From a virus (lineage: Duplodnaviria > Caudoviricetes), in IMG/VR virus record IMGVR_UViG_3300022841_000019, positions 1 to 59,588 of that record: a stretch of DNA of 59,588 nt; one strand, 5' to 3'. The number at the start of each line of letters is the position of its first letter. Within the stretch, counting starts at the first letter, position 1. Shown piece by piece: positions 58,840-59,588 of this stretch. The notes under the pieces are model-generated. The model was not told the DNA's origin, did no database searches, and saw only the letters and a program-made list of their open reading frames with translations. Made by a program: the position numbers and the translations under genes.

Positions 58840-59106
58840 ATGGGAACATTCGGAAATCAACCGGAATTTGCAACTAAAGTAGATGCGGTTGTCGCTTTGC
58901 CTCTTGAAAATATAAAATCAGGAGCTATCTATGTAGGTAAAATTTTAAGTGCTAGCTCAGATGCTAGTATAACAGTAAGGCCAGTTGGTAATAGTGCAGA
59001 TGTTACTTTTTCAGGTATAACGTCTGGATCTTTTATACCAGTTATAGTAAGTAAGATAACATCATCTATTAATATAGATAATAGTAGTATATTAATTATT
59101 TATTAA
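58840..59106 (+). CDS. small beta-rich virion protein
   Basis: IYVG...VTF.G...GSFIPV.V pattern. Confidence 0.6.
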   Translation: MGTFGNQPEFATKVDAVVALPLENIKSGAIYVGKILSASSDASITVRPVGNSADVTFSGITSGSFIPVIVSKITSSINIDNSSILIIY

Positions 59107-59107
59107 C

Positions 59108-59332
59108 ATGATAGGTATAGGTATAGGTGTAACTTGGTCAGCCAGGGAAGTAAACAGATTAAATACGTTAACTAGACGCTACGCTCAAAGAGTAATTGCT
59201 GACGGTGGAACAGTAGAAGCAATAAACTGTGTAAACTCAGCGTATTATAATAAATACAACTGGGATTATTACTTTAGGGTAGTAGACGATGGTGGAGTAG
59301 TTGAATCCCTAGAATGTGTGCCTTTATATTAA
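59108..59332 (+). CDS. small virion-associated protein with internal repeat
   Basis: RV.ADGG.VE..C motif occurs twice. Confidence 0.55.
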   Translation: MIGIGIGVTWSAREVNRLNTLTRRYAQRVIADGGTVEAINCVNSAYYNKYNWDYYFRVVDDGGVVESLECVPLY

Positions 59333-59356
59333 TAATAAATAAATAAAATAAATAAT

Positions 59357-59588
59357 ATGGCATCAATACCAAGCATATCATTAATACCAAGTGGTTATAA
59401 AGCAAGTAAATTATACAGCGATCTACCTACTAACGGTAACGCTGATTTAACCGTTGTACGAAACAGTACAGCAAACAGAATAAACAAAGACGGTCTTATC
59501 GAATCTATGGCAGTTAACGTGCCTTTATTAGACCATTCAAACGGTACTTGTCCTAGTTTATTATTACAACCACAGTCTACAAATTTAA
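59357..59588 (+). CDS. fibre/spike protein (partial, runs off the window)
   Basis: MASIPSISLIPSGYKASKLYS...R.S.A.R.N..GLIE....VP.LD.....CPSLLL.PQSTNL. Confidence 0.65.
   Translation, partial: MASIPSISLIPSGYKASKLYSDLPTNGNADLTVVRNSTANRINKDGLIESMAVNVPLLDHSNGTCPSLLLQPQSTNL

Noticed and set aside
1-59588. Diversity-generating retroelement, retron or self-splicing introns/inteins in nrdA, terL or the helicase
   Set aside because: No reverse transcriptase motifs or TR/VR pair seen; these genes are uninterrupted and of ordinary length

Overview
Nearly complete genome of an AT-rich lytic podovirus-like dsDNA phage, probably infecting Bacteroidota/Flavobacteriia. The host assignment is an inference from the gene set: phage GroEL/GroES, crAss-like or Cellulophaga phi38:1-like head and tail order, and a u-spanin. 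There are two arms. The + strand late arm (51.5-59.6 kb, continuing at 1-29.2 kb) carries chaperonins, lysis genes, terminase, portal, major capsid, tail proteins and a 3068-aa ejected protein. The - strand early/middle arm (51.2 to 29.3 kb) carries small early ORFs, a tRNA-Gln, a sigma factor, ERF/RecE recombination genes, SSB, primase-helicase, a ThyA-family enzyme, NTP pyrophosphatases and class Ia RNR. Most notable observations: (1) twelve fixed-spacing early promoters (CAAA-N5-TACG-N10-GATAATA), together with a sigma-region-2-like domain, a zincin motif and repeated FSK linkers inside the giant virion protein, suggesting an injected sigma factor cut from a polyprotein; (2) a ~330-nt ornate structured RNA abutting tRNA-Gln and a second, aberrant tRNA-like RNA; (3) three ~50-bp TGTGACA...TGTCACA elements, one covering the start codon of an HTH gene; (4) a strongly over-represented, orientation-biased motif TGCTATACAC; (5) a ThyA-family enzyme with the dCMP-specifying Asp; (6) a fossil endolysin replacement. 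All functional calls come from motif recognition by eye; no searches were run.
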